Source of the DNA: a virus
Lineage: Duplodnaviria > Caudoviricetes
IMG/VR virus record: IMGVR_UViG_3300045008_000062
Coordinates: 1-62,926 of that record
DNA length: 62,926 nt
Direction: 5' to 3' (one strand)
In this document: positions 53,592 through 62,715 of the stretch, in pieces
Layout: every line of letters begins with the position of its first letter
How positions within the stretch are numbered: the stretch's first letter is position 1
Program-made: the position numbers and the translations under genes
The notes under the pieces: model-generated
Told to the model about the DNA's origin: nothing
What the model saw: only the letters and a program-made list of their open reading frames with translations
Database searches by the model: none

Positions 53592-54401
53592 ATGGGTCGC
53601 CAAGTGCGTCGTGTGCCGCTCGACTTCGATTGGCCCACAGACAAGGTCTGGCAAGGCTTCCTGATGCCCGACAAGTACGACGAGGAGCCATGCCCCGACT
53701 GTTACAGCACCGACTACACCGGGAAACGCGTCTCGGGTTCCGGTGAGACAGCGGCGTCGAAGTGGCTGCACGCAGCCTTGTACCTAGTCGGGATGATGGC
53801 AGACGATATTCGGGCGCAGTCGTTCGAGGGCACCGAATACGAGTTCACCCCGCACGGCGACAGTAGGTCCAAGCTGCATCCGTATCTGGCGACGTTGCAT
53901 TCCATCAACGTGTATGAGAAGCGCAGACCCTCCGCCGACATCGTGGATCTCGTCAACGGGATCACTGGACGCGACAACTTAAGCTTGGGGACTGGATCGG
54001 ATTTCGCGTACGCGGCGCGGAAAGTCCTCGTGGAAGCTGCTGGCCTGCCCGAGAAGTGGGGGTGGTGCCCAACCTGTGATGGGCACGGCTCTATCGAGAT
54101 GTACCCCGGACAGAGGACAGAAGGGGAGAAGTGGTCCGAGGAGGACCACGAACCGCCGACCGGTGAGGGTTGGCAGTTGTGGGAGACCGTCTCGGAGGGA
54201 TCTCCTATCTCTCCGGTGTTCGACAGCCCGGAGGGGTTGGCGCGGTGGATGTCGTCTGACAGCTACCGGTGGGGGATTTCCACTCCGATGGAGTATGAGG
54301 CTGCGTTGCGGTTCGTGACCGGCGACGGCTGGGCACCAAGCATGGTTCTCGGATCGACGGGTCTTGTCTCGGGTGAGCAGTGGATCGCGGAGGAGTCCTG
54401 A
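53592..54401 (+). CDS. Hypothetical protein with DnaJ-like CxxCxGxG
   Basis: GGAGG RBS; 'MGRQVRRVPLDFDWP','GWQLWETVSEGSPISPVF'. Confidence 0.8.
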   Translation: MGRQVRRVPLDFDWPTDKVWQGFLMPDKYDEEPCPDCYSTDYTGKRVSGSGETAASKWLHAALYLVGMMADDIRAQSFEGTEYEFTPHGDSRSKLHPYLATLHSINVYEKRRPSADIVDLVNGITGRDNLSLGTGSDFAYAARKVLVEAAGLPEKWGWCPTCDGHGSIEMYPGQRTEGEKWSEEDHEPPTGEGWQLWETVSEGSPISPVFDSPEGLARWMSSDSYRWGISTPMEYEAALRFVTGDGWAPSMVLGSTGLVSGEQWIAEES

Positions 54402-54730
54402 TGAGGCCGCGCAGGGTGCGGCACGTGCACCGTCTCCTCGCCTCAATGGCCGTCGGAGCCTTAGGTGCTGCTGCGGTGTTGTTCTCCGCTGAGGCCCGAG
54501 CTGATGTGTTGTCGAATTACGTCGCCGACAACGCCCACCTGGTGTGCATGTTCTTGGATGACTTCCCGTCGGTGGAGGGGTTCAACACGGTCGCCGCTGC
54601 AATCGTGGACGACGGCCTGTCGGAGGACGCTGCCGCGGCGGTTGTTGCCCGGTCGGTGATCGCGTTGTGCCCGGAGCATTTGCGGGAGTTGAACCTGTTC
54701 GTTGCGCGCTGGCAGGCGGTGCAGGCATGA
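54401..54730 (+). CDS. Secreted DUF732-like protein
   Basis: Signal peptide; 'VC..LD...SV...CPEH'. Confidence 0.65.
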   Translation: MRPRRVRHVHRLLASMAVGALGAAAVLFSAEARADVLSNYVADNAHLVCMFLDDFPSVEGFNTVAAAIVDDGLSEDAAAAVVARSVIALCPEHLRELNLFVARWQAVQA

Positions 54731-55074
54731 GCGCCGAAGAGGTTGTCGCCTTCGCGCTACAGGCTGCCGAGAGTCGCATACTCCGGCAATCCGGTGGTGA
54801 CGAAATACCTGGATGGTCAGTACTGGCTGCGGCTGCTATTGGCACTCTTGAAGAAGCCGGGTATGTGATCGTGCACTTGCCGGAGCCGGATCAGGGCGAC
54901 GAAGACGGCATCGGCTGGTGTTCAGGTCCGTTGACCGACTGGGGTGTCTACGTGCCCCGAGATATTCCTGACGGGAAGGTGTATGACCAGAACGGTGGGG
55001 TGACTCCGGAGCAGGCCCGCCGGATCGCGTCGTGGTGGCTAGCAGCCGCGAACGCCGCGGAGGCCCAGTCATGA
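54727..55074 (+). CDS. Hypothetical protein (paralog of 2016..2372)
   Basis: 'LEEAGYVIVHLPEPD...WLAAA'. Confidence 0.65.
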   Translation: MSAEEVVAFALQAAESRILRQSGGDEIPGWSVLAAAAIGTLEEAGYVIVHLPEPDQGDEDGIGWCSGPLTDWGVYVPRDIPDGKVYDQNGGVTPEQARRIASWWLAAANAAEAQS

Positions 55075-55388
55075 CCATTGTGGGGGAACTGCACTTCAAC
55101 ATCCCGAACGACGACTGGGTTCGAGACGCCATCTGCACAACCACCGACCCTGAGATCTTCCACCCGGAGAAGGGCAACCAAAACCACGAAGCCCGCAAGA
55201 TTTGTCTCGCATGCCCGGTGAGGATGCCCTGCCTGGAATGGGCGATGACCCACAACGAGCGGGGGATTTGGGGCGGATTCAGCGAACGGGATCGCGACCG
55301 GCTGAAGCGGTTCGAGAACCCGATGCAGGGAAAGACGTTGGGTCATAGCGGGGGATGCCGCTGCTGCGTGTGCAGGAGGGCGTCGTGA
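55071..55388 (+). CDS. whiB: WhiB family transcription factor
   Basis: 'W...AIC...DPEIF','ARKICLACPVRMPCLEWA','GIWGG.SERDR'. Confidence 0.92.
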   Translation: MTIVGELHFNIPNDDWVRDAICTTTDPEIFHPEKGNQNHEARKICLACPVRMPCLEWAMTHNERGIWGGFSERDRDRLKRFENPMQGKTLGHSGGCRCCVCRRAS

Positions 55389-55741
55389 GGTGCCCGTATT
55401 GCGGTCGGGAGATCGTGGTGTCTCAGTCGCGGTTCGTGGTGCATAACGTGGAGAACGTTCCCCGTAACGGCACGATCTGCCCGACCTCAAACCAGCGCAT
55501 CCCCATTACCGGGGTGTCGAATTCGGATCACGCGAACCGTGCTGATGTGTTGATGGATTTGGCGTGTCAGGTGCAGGACCAGGACCCGCACATTGTGTGG
55601 CAGTACTTGACGTGCCTGCCTTCCGATGAGTTGCAGCGGTTGTTGATGTTCGCTTTGGCGGCTCTGCCGGTGGACCGCACTCTGGATGAGATGTGGGGTT
55701 GGGTCAAAGCCCTACCGACTTCGAGATTGGCGGCGGTCTGA
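55385..55741 (+). CDS. Hypothetical protein
   Basis: GTGA overlap; CPYC. Confidence 0.65.
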   Translation: MRCPYCGREIVVSQSRFVVHNVENVPRNGTICPTSNQRIPITGVSNSDHANRADVLMDLACQVQDQDPHIVWQYLTCLPSDELQRLLMFALAALPVDRTLDEMWGWVKALPTSRLAAV

Positions 55742-56397
55742 TGGAAGAGCGTTGGTTGCCCATACCTGGATACGAGGGCTCCTACGAGGTGTCAGACCTC
55801 GGGCGGGTGCGCTCCATTGACAGGACTATCTGGAATCGCGGGAGTCGATTCGTCCGAGGACGGCTGCTAGCTGCGCACCCAAGTACTTTCGGTCACCCGC
55901 GTCTATATCTATCGCGAGACGGTCGGCGGAAGTATTTCGGCGTTCATCAGCTAGTGATGCTGGCCTTTGTCGGACCCCGTCCAGATGGCATGGAAGTGCG
56001 TCACCTGAATGGGGACGAATCCGACCCGCGCCTCTGCAACCTGGCATACGGAACGCATCGGGAAAACATGGCAGACATGGTCGCCCATGGTCGAAGTGTC
56101 TTGAAAGACCGCTGCATCAATGGTCATGAGATGTCGGGCGAGAATCTGTGGTGGTATCGCGGGTACCGCAGATGCCGCTCCTGTAAGCGCGAGCACAACC
56201 GACTGTCGGAAGAACGTAAGCGGAGAGCCAAAGGTGTTACCGGTAAACCAAAGACGCATTGCGCCCAGGGGCACTTGTTAGCTGGTGACAACCTATATGA
56301 GACATCGTCCGGCCATCGTGGGTGTAAGGCCTGTCGCAGGGAGTTTCAGCGGCGCTATCGGGCGAAGCTTAAAGCCAGGCTGAGGGAGGCGTCGTGA
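55741..56397 (+). CDS. NUMOD4-HNH homing endonuclease
   Basis: 'W.PIPGYEG.YEVSDLGRVRS' NUMOD4; 'VHQLV..AF...EVRHLNG....NL.YGT..EN'; two C-terminal C..GH...C..C repeats. Confidence 0.92.
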   Translation: MEERWLPIPGYEGSYEVSDLGRVRSIDRTIWNRGSRFVRGRLLAAHPSTFGHPRLYLSRDGRRKYFGVHQLVMLAFVGPRPDGMEVRHLNGDESDPRLCNLAYGTHRENMADMVAHGRSVLKDRCINGHEMSGENLWWYRGYRRCRSCKREHNRLSEERKRRAKGVTGKPKTHCAQGHLLAGDNLYETSSGHRGCKACRREFQRRYRAKLKARLREAS

Positions 56398-56524
56398 CGT
56401 GTGTGTTGTGCGCGTTGGGGTTCGGCCTCTTAGTGGGGTTTGTGTTGGTGTTTCTGTCTCCTCTGTGGCTGATCGCCCCGTGTGTAGCGGTCATGGCCTG
56501 GGGGATTCTCACGGAGGAGAGCAG

Positions 56525-56752
56525 GTGAACGATTCCAGGTATCTCAGGCTTCTCGCCTGCCTAGATGACGCTAGGGGCTGTTACGAGGCTGCCGAGCCAG
56601 CCCAGGCCCGCGTGTTGGCCGACGAGCTGCCCGATTCTGATCCGCGCGTGTTCTTGCTGCGGATGGCCGCCCGGATGGCTGAGCAGCACCGCGCCGGTAT
56701 CCGCGAATTGTTGTTGAAGTTCAACGCCTTAGAAGAGAAGGGTGGCGCGTGA
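56525..56752 (+). CDS. Hypothetical protein
   Basis: GGAGAG RBS. Confidence 0.55.
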   Translation: MNDSRYLRLLACLDDARGCYEAAEPAQARVLADELPDSDPRVFLLRMAARMAEQHRAGIRELLLKFNALEEKGGA

Positions 56753-57055
56753 TGTGTCTGGTGTGTAACGGGTTGGGGTGGGTTAAAGCCGCCCCGGTAG
56801 TGCGTCGGGTGACCGGCGAGGGTGAGAAGGACTTCGTGTCTTGGGATCACATGACGTTGACGCCGTGCTGGGGTTGCGGGACTACACGATTGGCGGTGCT
56901 GGCGCGATGACGGGTGAGGAGTTGCTAGCGCAGATTCCGGAGGAGTTGCGGGATCAGAAGGTGTTGGGGGATGGCGAAACCCCGAGGGATTGTGCACGTC
57001 ATTTCGATGAGACGGGTTGCAGGGCTTGTTGGGACATTCTGAGGAGGCTGGCCGC

Positions 57056-57565
57056 GTGAACCCGACAGCCACATTGGCGCTTTGTAAATGGTTGAAGGAC
57101 CGCATCAAGGATTGGGAGACGGAAGCTAAACGCGACCTCGGACTGTTGCCGGGGGAACGTAAAGCCGCTGTGGTCGACGGAACCGTCCTGGGGCACGTGA
57201 CTATGGCGAAGGGCCGCAAAACCGCCCGTGTAGCCAACGAGGCCGCTGTGTTGGCGTGGGTGAAAGCCCACCACCCCACCGAGGTAGAAGTCTCCGAGCA
57301 GGTTCGGCCCGCGTTCCTGAAGGCACTGCTGGATGACGCCGCGAAGAAGGGCGCGTTCATCGACTCCGATGGGGTGGTGATCGACGGCCTGATCGAAGTC
57401 GTTGAGGGCGACCCGTACCCGATATCAAAGCTGGCTGATGATGCGGACCTCGCTATCGCCGGGTTGTTGGGGCGTGGCGCGTTAGGCGTGAACGGTCTGA
57501 AAGCGTTGCCGGAGCCGGAAGACCGGTTTACTCAGGATCGCCGCGCCGCAGGGGTGGAGGACTGA
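57056..57565 (+). CDS. Hypothetical recombination-module protein
   Basis: GTGA overlap; directly upstream of the AAA ATPase. Confidence 0.7.
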   Translation: MNPTATLALCKWLKDRIKDWETEAKRDLGLLPGERKAAVVDGTVLGHVTMAKGRKTARVANEAAVLAWVKAHHPTEVEVSEQVRPAFLKALLDDAAKKGAFIDSDGVVIDGLIEVVEGDPYPISKLADDADLAIAGLLGRGALGVNGLKALPEPEDRFTQDRRAAGVED

Positions 57566-58554
57566 TGACACCGAGGACGAGACAGCCCAGCGGTGTGGCG
57601 AACTGGCCCATGATCCTGCTGGAAGGCCCGGACTCCGTGGGAAAGTCCTACCAGGCCGCGCAGTTCACCGGCTGCCCGAAAACCGGGCAAGCGTACTGGC
57701 TGGACATCGGCGAAGGGCAAGCCGACGAATACATCAATGTCCCCGGAGCCGACTACCTGATCTTGGATCATGACGGGTCGTGGGCGGACATCCTCAACCA
57801 GATCCGGGAAGCATCTAAGGATGAGCAGGAATCAGAGTTGCCGGCGGTGTTGGTGGTGGATTCCGCGTCGAACGTGTGGGACATGCTGAAGGCGTGGACT
57901 GACACTCGGGCGCGGAAGTCGAAGAACGGGAAACGGATTCTGGCTGCCGACCCGGACGCTGAGGTGTCCGCGGCCCCGAACTTGTGGAATGACGCCAACG
58001 CCCGCCATCACCAGTTTGTGAAGGCTTTGCACGAGTTCCCGGGCATCGTCGTGTTGACCGCTCGCGGCAAGGAGACGGTGGCGATGGACAAGGATGGCCG
58101 ACCGATCCCGAACGCGAAGGACTATTCGGTGGAGGTCAACAAGTACCTGCCGTACCGGGTTTCTGCTCATGTTCGGTTGTCGCGGGATAACCCGCCTGTG
58201 GTGGTGTCGTTCCGGTCCGCGACTAACGGTTTGAGGCCGGGTGTGGATGAGCCGAAGAAGTATCCCGAGTTCACGTTGGACCATCTGGTGTTCGACGTGA
58301 TGGGGCTTCAGGCGGCGCAATCTCGTGAGGTGACTGAATTGGTCACCGATGAGGGCGTGCTGGCCGATGAGGCCCGCAGGGAGTTGGGGGCGTTCATTCG
58401 GGAGAAGAAGCTGTCCTACAAGAGGATTGTGGAGCGTTTCTACGGTGAGCGTGAGGAGCAGTTGGAGGCGACTAGGGACGCTCAGGCGGTGCGGGATCTG
58501 TTGCAGTCGTTGCGGGATGAGGTCGCGGTGGACGAAGCGCAGGCCGCGTCATGA
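57565..58554 (+). CDS. AAA_24 / Sak4-like ATPase (recombination)
   Basis: Walker A GPDSVGKS, Walker B LVVDS, 'VVLTARGKE'. Confidence 0.8.
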   Translation: MTPRTRQPSGVANWPMILLEGPDSVGKSYQAAQFTGCPKTGQAYWLDIGEGQADEYINVPGADYLILDHDGSWADILNQIREASKDEQESELPAVLVVDSASNVWDMLKAWTDTRARKSKNGKRILAADPDAEVSAAPNLWNDANARHHQFVKALHEFPGIVVLTARGKETVAMDKDGRPIPNAKDYSVEVNKYLPYRVSAHVRLSRDNPPVVVSFRSATNGLRPGVDEPKKYPEFTLDHLVFDVMGLQAAQSREVTELVTDEGVLADEARRELGAFIREKKLSYKRIVERFYGEREEQLEATRDAQAVRDLLQSLRDEVAVDEAQAAS

Positions 58555-58796
58555 AGATCGATCTGCCCAGACCCGCGATCCGTGTAGAGCGGATAACCCA
58601 CAAGGGTGGTGGTGTCACCTCCCCGTACGCGAGACCGCCCATGGCGCCCGTGTTCGTGATCGGCATGCGGGACGGGGGAACGATCACCCTATCCGAGGAG
58701 GAAGCCCTTGAACTGCATGTGGCGCTGAGCGAATGGGTGGACGGCCTCCCGGGTCGGAAAGACCGCATTGCGGACTCTCTGAAGGAGCCGTCGTGA
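58551..58796 (+). CDS. Hypothetical protein
   Basis: ATGA overlap. Confidence 0.6.
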   Translation: MKIDLPRPAIRVERITHKGGGVTSPYARPPMAPVFVIGMRDGGTITLSEEEALELHVALSEWVDGLPGRKDRIADSLKEPS

Positions 58797-58966
58797 AGTA
58801 CTCCGTTCGGTGTTTCCAGTGTGATCCTGCGGGTCAGTTTATCGCTGACTGCCCGAACGCGGTTGATGCGCAGGTGATCGCGGATCGCCATGAGCACATC
58901 CGTACAGGCCGCCATAGGTGTGTGGTGTCCCCGATGTTTGAGACACCGTTGGAGGGGCTGCTATGA
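58793..58966 (+). CDS. Small zinc-binding protein
   Basis: GTGA overlap; CxxC...H...H. Confidence 0.55.
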   Translation: MKYSVRCFQCDPAGQFIADCPNAVDAQVIADRHEHIRTGRHRCVVSPMFETPLEGLL

Positions 58967-59105
58967 GCACGCATCGTTTGATCTGTCCTTGCGGGTTCGA
59001 TCAGCGGGTTGATGGATGGCTTGATGCCCGCGCCATCCAAGCCCTCCACAACCGAACCGAGGGTTGTGACGCAGTCATAGACCTCAACTACACACGGGAG
59101 ACAGC

Positions 59106-59441
59106 ATGAGCTACGACGTGTACGTCCACTGCCACACCTGCGGCGGAGATCTTATGGACGGTCACACCAACATGACATCGAACGTGTCGGGTGTCTGGGA
59201 CAAGGCAGGTGCTCGTATCCGCGACTGGGATGGAAAGACTGGCGTGTCTGTTCTCCCGGAGTTGCAGGCGGCGATCAACGAGCTGTCCCGAGACATGCTG
59301 CCTTACGAGCGCGAGGAATACGAGGCGCTCGTTCGTGGCGGAGGTACTTGGGGGACGGTCGAGTCCGCCCTTGAGTTCCTAACTCGCATCAGGGATGCCA
59401 TCTGCCGGGACCCCTACGGCACGTTGGGGGTGAGTAACTGA
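59106..59441 (+). CDS. Hypothetical protein
   Basis: GGGAG RBS; 'NMTSNV','WGTVESALEFL'. Confidence 0.7.
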   Translation: MSYDVYVHCHTCGGDLMDGHTNMTSNVSGVWDKAGARIRDWDGKTGVSVLPELQAAINELSRDMLPYEREEYEALVRGGGTWGTVESALEFLTRIRDAICRDPYGTLGVSN

Positions 59442-59553
59442 TGCGTTGGTGGCATGTGCTGCGGGGTCACCGAATCAGGACCGTGGGGGCTCGTATCCCG
59501 AACGTTGTTCCATCGACGTGGGAGAAATGCACGTGCGGGAAGGTCTGGTACCT

Positions 59554-59928
59554 ATGAGCCGCCCCACTGGTTTCCCGCCGAAGGTGCGGCGGCTGATTAT
59601 GGAACGCGCCGGTATCGAGGGTGACTGGGTGCGCGACGAGGTGTCGGGGATGTGGGTTCATGTTGAGGACGCCCAACTGCACCACCGAATTCCACGGGGT
59701 TCCGGCGGGTCGAAGCGCCCGGAGGTGAACCAGTCGGCGAACGGACTGGTGCTGTCACCGACCACGCATTACCGGGTCGAGGTGAATCGAAGAGATGCCC
59801 TGAAGAAGGGCTGGTTGATTTCTAAGTTGTCCGTGGAGTTGCCGTTTTCTGTTCCTGTGTTGCTGCATCACGGATGGGTGGTGCTCGATAACCAGGGTGG
59901 ATGGGAACGAACCGAGGAGGCGGCATGA
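59554..59928 (+). CDS. Degenerate HNH-like protein
   Basis: 'QLHHRIPRGSGG......ANGLVL....H..VE..R..A...GWL'; zinc-binding Cys residues absent. Confidence 0.7.
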   Translation: MSRPTGFPPKVRRLIMERAGIEGDWVRDEVSGMWVHVEDAQLHHRIPRGSGGSKRPEVNQSANGLVLSPTTHYRVEVNRRDALKKGWLISKLSVELPFSVPVLLHHGWVVLDNQGGWERTEEAA

Positions 59929-61043
59929 GGATCGGATCTCTCTGCTCTGGCGCTGGTGCACTTGACCTCGCAGTGGAGCAGGTCTTTGGCGCGAAGACAG
60001 CCTGGCATTGCGAAATCGACCCGGCCGCATCGAAAGTTCTCGCACACCGCTGGCCCGGCGTGCCGAACTTCGGCGATCTGACTGAGGTCAACTGGAACGC
60101 ATTGCGGTTCCACATCAACGACATAGACGGGGTAAGTCTCAAACCCGACGTCCTCACCGGAGGCTACCCCTGTCAGCCGTTCAGTCATGCAGGCAAGCGA
60201 AAAGGAACTGACGATGAGCGACACATCTGGCCCTACATCCGTGAGGCAATTCGCCGAATACGACCCCGATACACGTTCCTGGAGAATGTATCCGGCCACC
60301 GGTCTCTGGGGTTCGATCGAGTTCTCGGAGACTTGGCCGAGGACGGGATGCATGTCCGATGGACGAGCCTACGAGCTTCCGACATCGGAGCACCCCATCA
60401 GCGCGAACGGCTGTTCATCCTCGTTACCGACCCCGAGCGCCAGCGATACCAGCAAGCACTCGGGTCAACCACCCGAGAAGCGTCAGGGGCACCATTTGCG
60501 ACTGACGGACATTACCGAGCATCTGGCTGCGTACCGCTAGACCTGTTGCCGGGAATCGCTCGCGCCTGCGGCAACGGCGAACTTCTACCGACGCCGACGA
60601 GTAGAGATCACAAGGGGCACAACCAACGGCGGGATAAGACCTGCCTTACTGGCGCGCTGCTGCCTACGCCCGCCGCTGCAGACGGTTCACGCGGCCAGGA
60701 TCTCGCCCGCGCCAACCGCGACGGCTCCGGCGGCGACGACCTCGTCACTCTTGTTGTGAAGGCCGACCGGGCGCAGCAGTGGGGAAAGTATGTCGATGCG
60801 ATCACCCGCTGGGAGTCCATCGTGGGCCGAGCGCCATCACCCACCGAGCCGAACCGCAACGGCAATCCCCGCCTGAATCCCGCGTTTTCTGAGTGGATGA
60901 TGGGCTGGCCCGCCGGCTGGGTCACTGAGGTGCCTGGGATTTCGCGTAATGACCAGCTCCGCATCATCGGCAACGGTGTCGTGCCGCAGCAGGCTGTGGC
61001 CGCTCTGTCGTGGCTTCTTTCAGTGAGTGAGGTGGCGGCGTGA
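59925..61043 (+). CDS. DNA (cytosine-5) methyltransferase
   Basis: SLCSGAG (I), GYPCQPFS (IV), ENV (VI), HQRER (VIII), LPTP repeats, EWMMG (IX), GNGV (X). Confidence 0.93.
   Translation: MRIGSLCSGAGALDLAVEQVFGAKTAWHCEIDPAASKVLAHRWPGVPNFGDLTEVNWNALRFHINDIDGVSLKPDVLTGGYPCQPFSHAGKRKGTDDERHIWPYIREAIRRIRPRYTFLENVSGHRSLGFDRVLGDLAEDGMHVRWTSLRASDIGAPHQRERLFILVTDPERQRYQQALGSTTREASGAPFATDGHYRASGCVPLDLLPGIARACGNGELLPTPTSRDHKGHNQRRDKTCLTGALLPTPAAADGSRGQDLARANRDGSGGDDLVTLVVKADRAQQWGKYVDAITRWESIVGRAPSPTEPNRNGNPRLNPAFSEWMMGWPAGWVTEVPGISRNDQLRIIGNGVVPQQAVAALSWLLSVSEVAA
60214..60540 (+). CDS. Nested alternative-frame ORF inside the methyltransferase (putative second subunit)
   Basis: AAGGAA RBS, ATG 60214; 'FSETWPRTG..SDGRAYELP...SSSLPTPSASD'. 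Confidence 0.55.
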   Translation: MSDTSGPTSVRQFAEYDPDTRSWRMYPATGLWGSIEFSETWPRTGCMSDGRAYELPTSEHPISANGCSSSLPTPSASDTSKHSGQPPEKRQGHHLRLTDITEHLAAYR

Positions 61044-61293
61044 TTCAGGTTGTTGATATTTCCACAGGCCAGGTCGTACGGGAGTTCCCCACGTATGGGG
61101 AGGCTGTGGTGTTTCGGCGGGATGTGTTGGGGTCTTCACCGGCACGGTTTGAGATTCGGGGAGTGGCTGGGAGTGGACATGTCCGGGTTTGAAGCGACGT
61201 TCATCGAGTCCGAGATCCGTGCTGCGATCAAACGCGTAGGGGCCAGCTTGTCCTGCTGGACGATATCGGCGGGTTTCACCTCCTGGAGGCAGC

Positions 61294-61539
61294 ATGAGTC
61301 ACGACCCTGAGTGTGAGTCCCGGACACGGTTCGACCTCAATGCTGGGGTGTTGTACTGCGCATCCTGCGGCGGGAATTACGAGCCTGCCGCCCCGATGCT
61401 CTATGCCCGTATGCGGGAAGCAGCCCAGGTGTTGGTTGAGGTTTCGGAGCTGTATGAGGCGTTTGACCCCCACAAGACCCCGTGGTGTGCGGAGGAACTG
61501 TTGAACGAGGCCACCCATGTTGAAGCGGAGGAAGTATGA
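61294..61539 (+). CDS. Hypothetical protein
   Basis: GGAGG RBS. Confidence 0.6.
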   Translation: MSHDPECESRTRFDLNAGVLYCASCGGNYEPAAPMLYARMREAAQVLVEVSELYEAFDPHKTPWCAEELLNEATHVEAEEV

Positions 61540-61663
61540 CCGGAGCTAGATCCGAGTGGGTCGCATTCCTGTGCGATAGGTATTCGCGCCCATACAAGAC
61601 CACGATTTTCTCTCCTGTGTGTGGTTGGTGTCTCCCCACACACCCAATCCTGGAGAAGAAACA

Positions 61664-61840
61664 ATGAGCGCAAAGCGGCCGGATGGGCATTCATGGTTCA
61701 ACCTCTGGTTCGACGCCTATCACCAAGCCTTGTTCCGGGCTGACCTCACGGGCCGACGATACCGAGTGTGGTTTGAGCCGAATAACCGTTGGTGGAACAT
61801 CACCGAACTGACCGAATGGCATCGCGGAGAGGGTGCGTGA
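61664..61840 (+). CDS. Hypothetical protein
   Basis: GGAG RBS within a repeat; ATGA overlap. Confidence 0.55.
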   Translation: MSAKRPDGHSWFNLWFDAYHQALFRADLTGRRYRVWFEPNNRWWNITELTEWHRGEGA

Positions 61841-61885
61841 TGGATGTTGAGTTGATGTGCCCAATCCTGGAGAAGGGCAAATCTG

Positions 61886-62098
61886 ATGGGTGACGTGTAC
61901 TTCGCTCCGAGCAAGCACCGCTGCAGAACCCCTGAGCGGTGGTCTCGGCGGCTCGGTTCCGTGTGGCTCTGCGATGACTGCGGCACTTACTGGACGCTCC
62001 GGCACACGAAAGACTTATGGGGGCGGATGTGGACCCCCGTGCGGTGGTGGCACTTCGAGGCCCGGAGGCGAATCAAGGGGTCCCGTCATGGATGCTGA
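61886..62098 (+). CDS. Hypothetical protein
   Basis: TGATG start; 'GSVWLCDDCG..W'. Confidence 0.55.
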   Translation: MGDVYFAPSKHRCRTPERWSRRLGSVWLCDDCGTYWTLRHTKDLWGRMWTPVRWWHFEARRRIKGSRHGC

Positions 62099-62400
62099 TG
62101 ATCTTTACGCTTGGCGTCGGAGGTGGGTGTATCACAGGTCTGCGTGGGGGAGGGGACATCCGCGTGAAAAGCCTGGTGTAGACGGGGATTCGGGTGCTGA
62201 CTGCGATAGAATTACAAGGTTGAAAGACCCGGCGCCAGCGGTCAACTGGCCCGGGCTATGGCAGGGAAGAAGCTAAGGAGTTCCCCACATGACAGATGAT
62301 AGCGCGAACAAGGATCGTTACCGCGAAGAGGTTGTCGGACTCTACGTCGAGTCGATCGAGGTCTGCGGGACATGCTGACCAGGGTTCTGGACGGTGATGC

Positions 62401-62715
62401 GTGATGCCTCAACGTATTCAGCGGCGCAGAACCAAGGGCTGGCGCATGCCAGATGGAGCCGTTTACGTCGGAAGGCCGACCAAGTGGGGTAACCCGTTCA
62501 GAGTCGGCCGCGATCCTGACCTTGGCGAAGTTCCCACCGTATGGCTGTCAGTGAAGAACTACCGGTCCTGGATGACGGACCCTCTTCGTTGGTGTCTTCC
62601 GCCGCCCCCTGATGTATCAGAAATCCGCGGCAAGGATTTGGTTTGCTGGTGCCGACTCGACGCAATGTGTCATGCCGATGTGCTTCTGGAGTTGGCGAAC
62701 CGGGGTGATGCCTGA
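62401..62715 (+). CDS. DUF4326-domain protein
   Basis: 'VYVGRPTKWGNPF','RGKDLVCWC.....CHADVLLELAN'. Confidence 0.85.
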   Translation: MMPQRIQRRRTKGWRMPDGAVYVGRPTKWGNPFRVGRDPDLGEVPTVWLSVKNYRSWMTDPLRWCLPPPPDVSEIRGKDLVCWCRLDAMCHADVLLELANRGDA

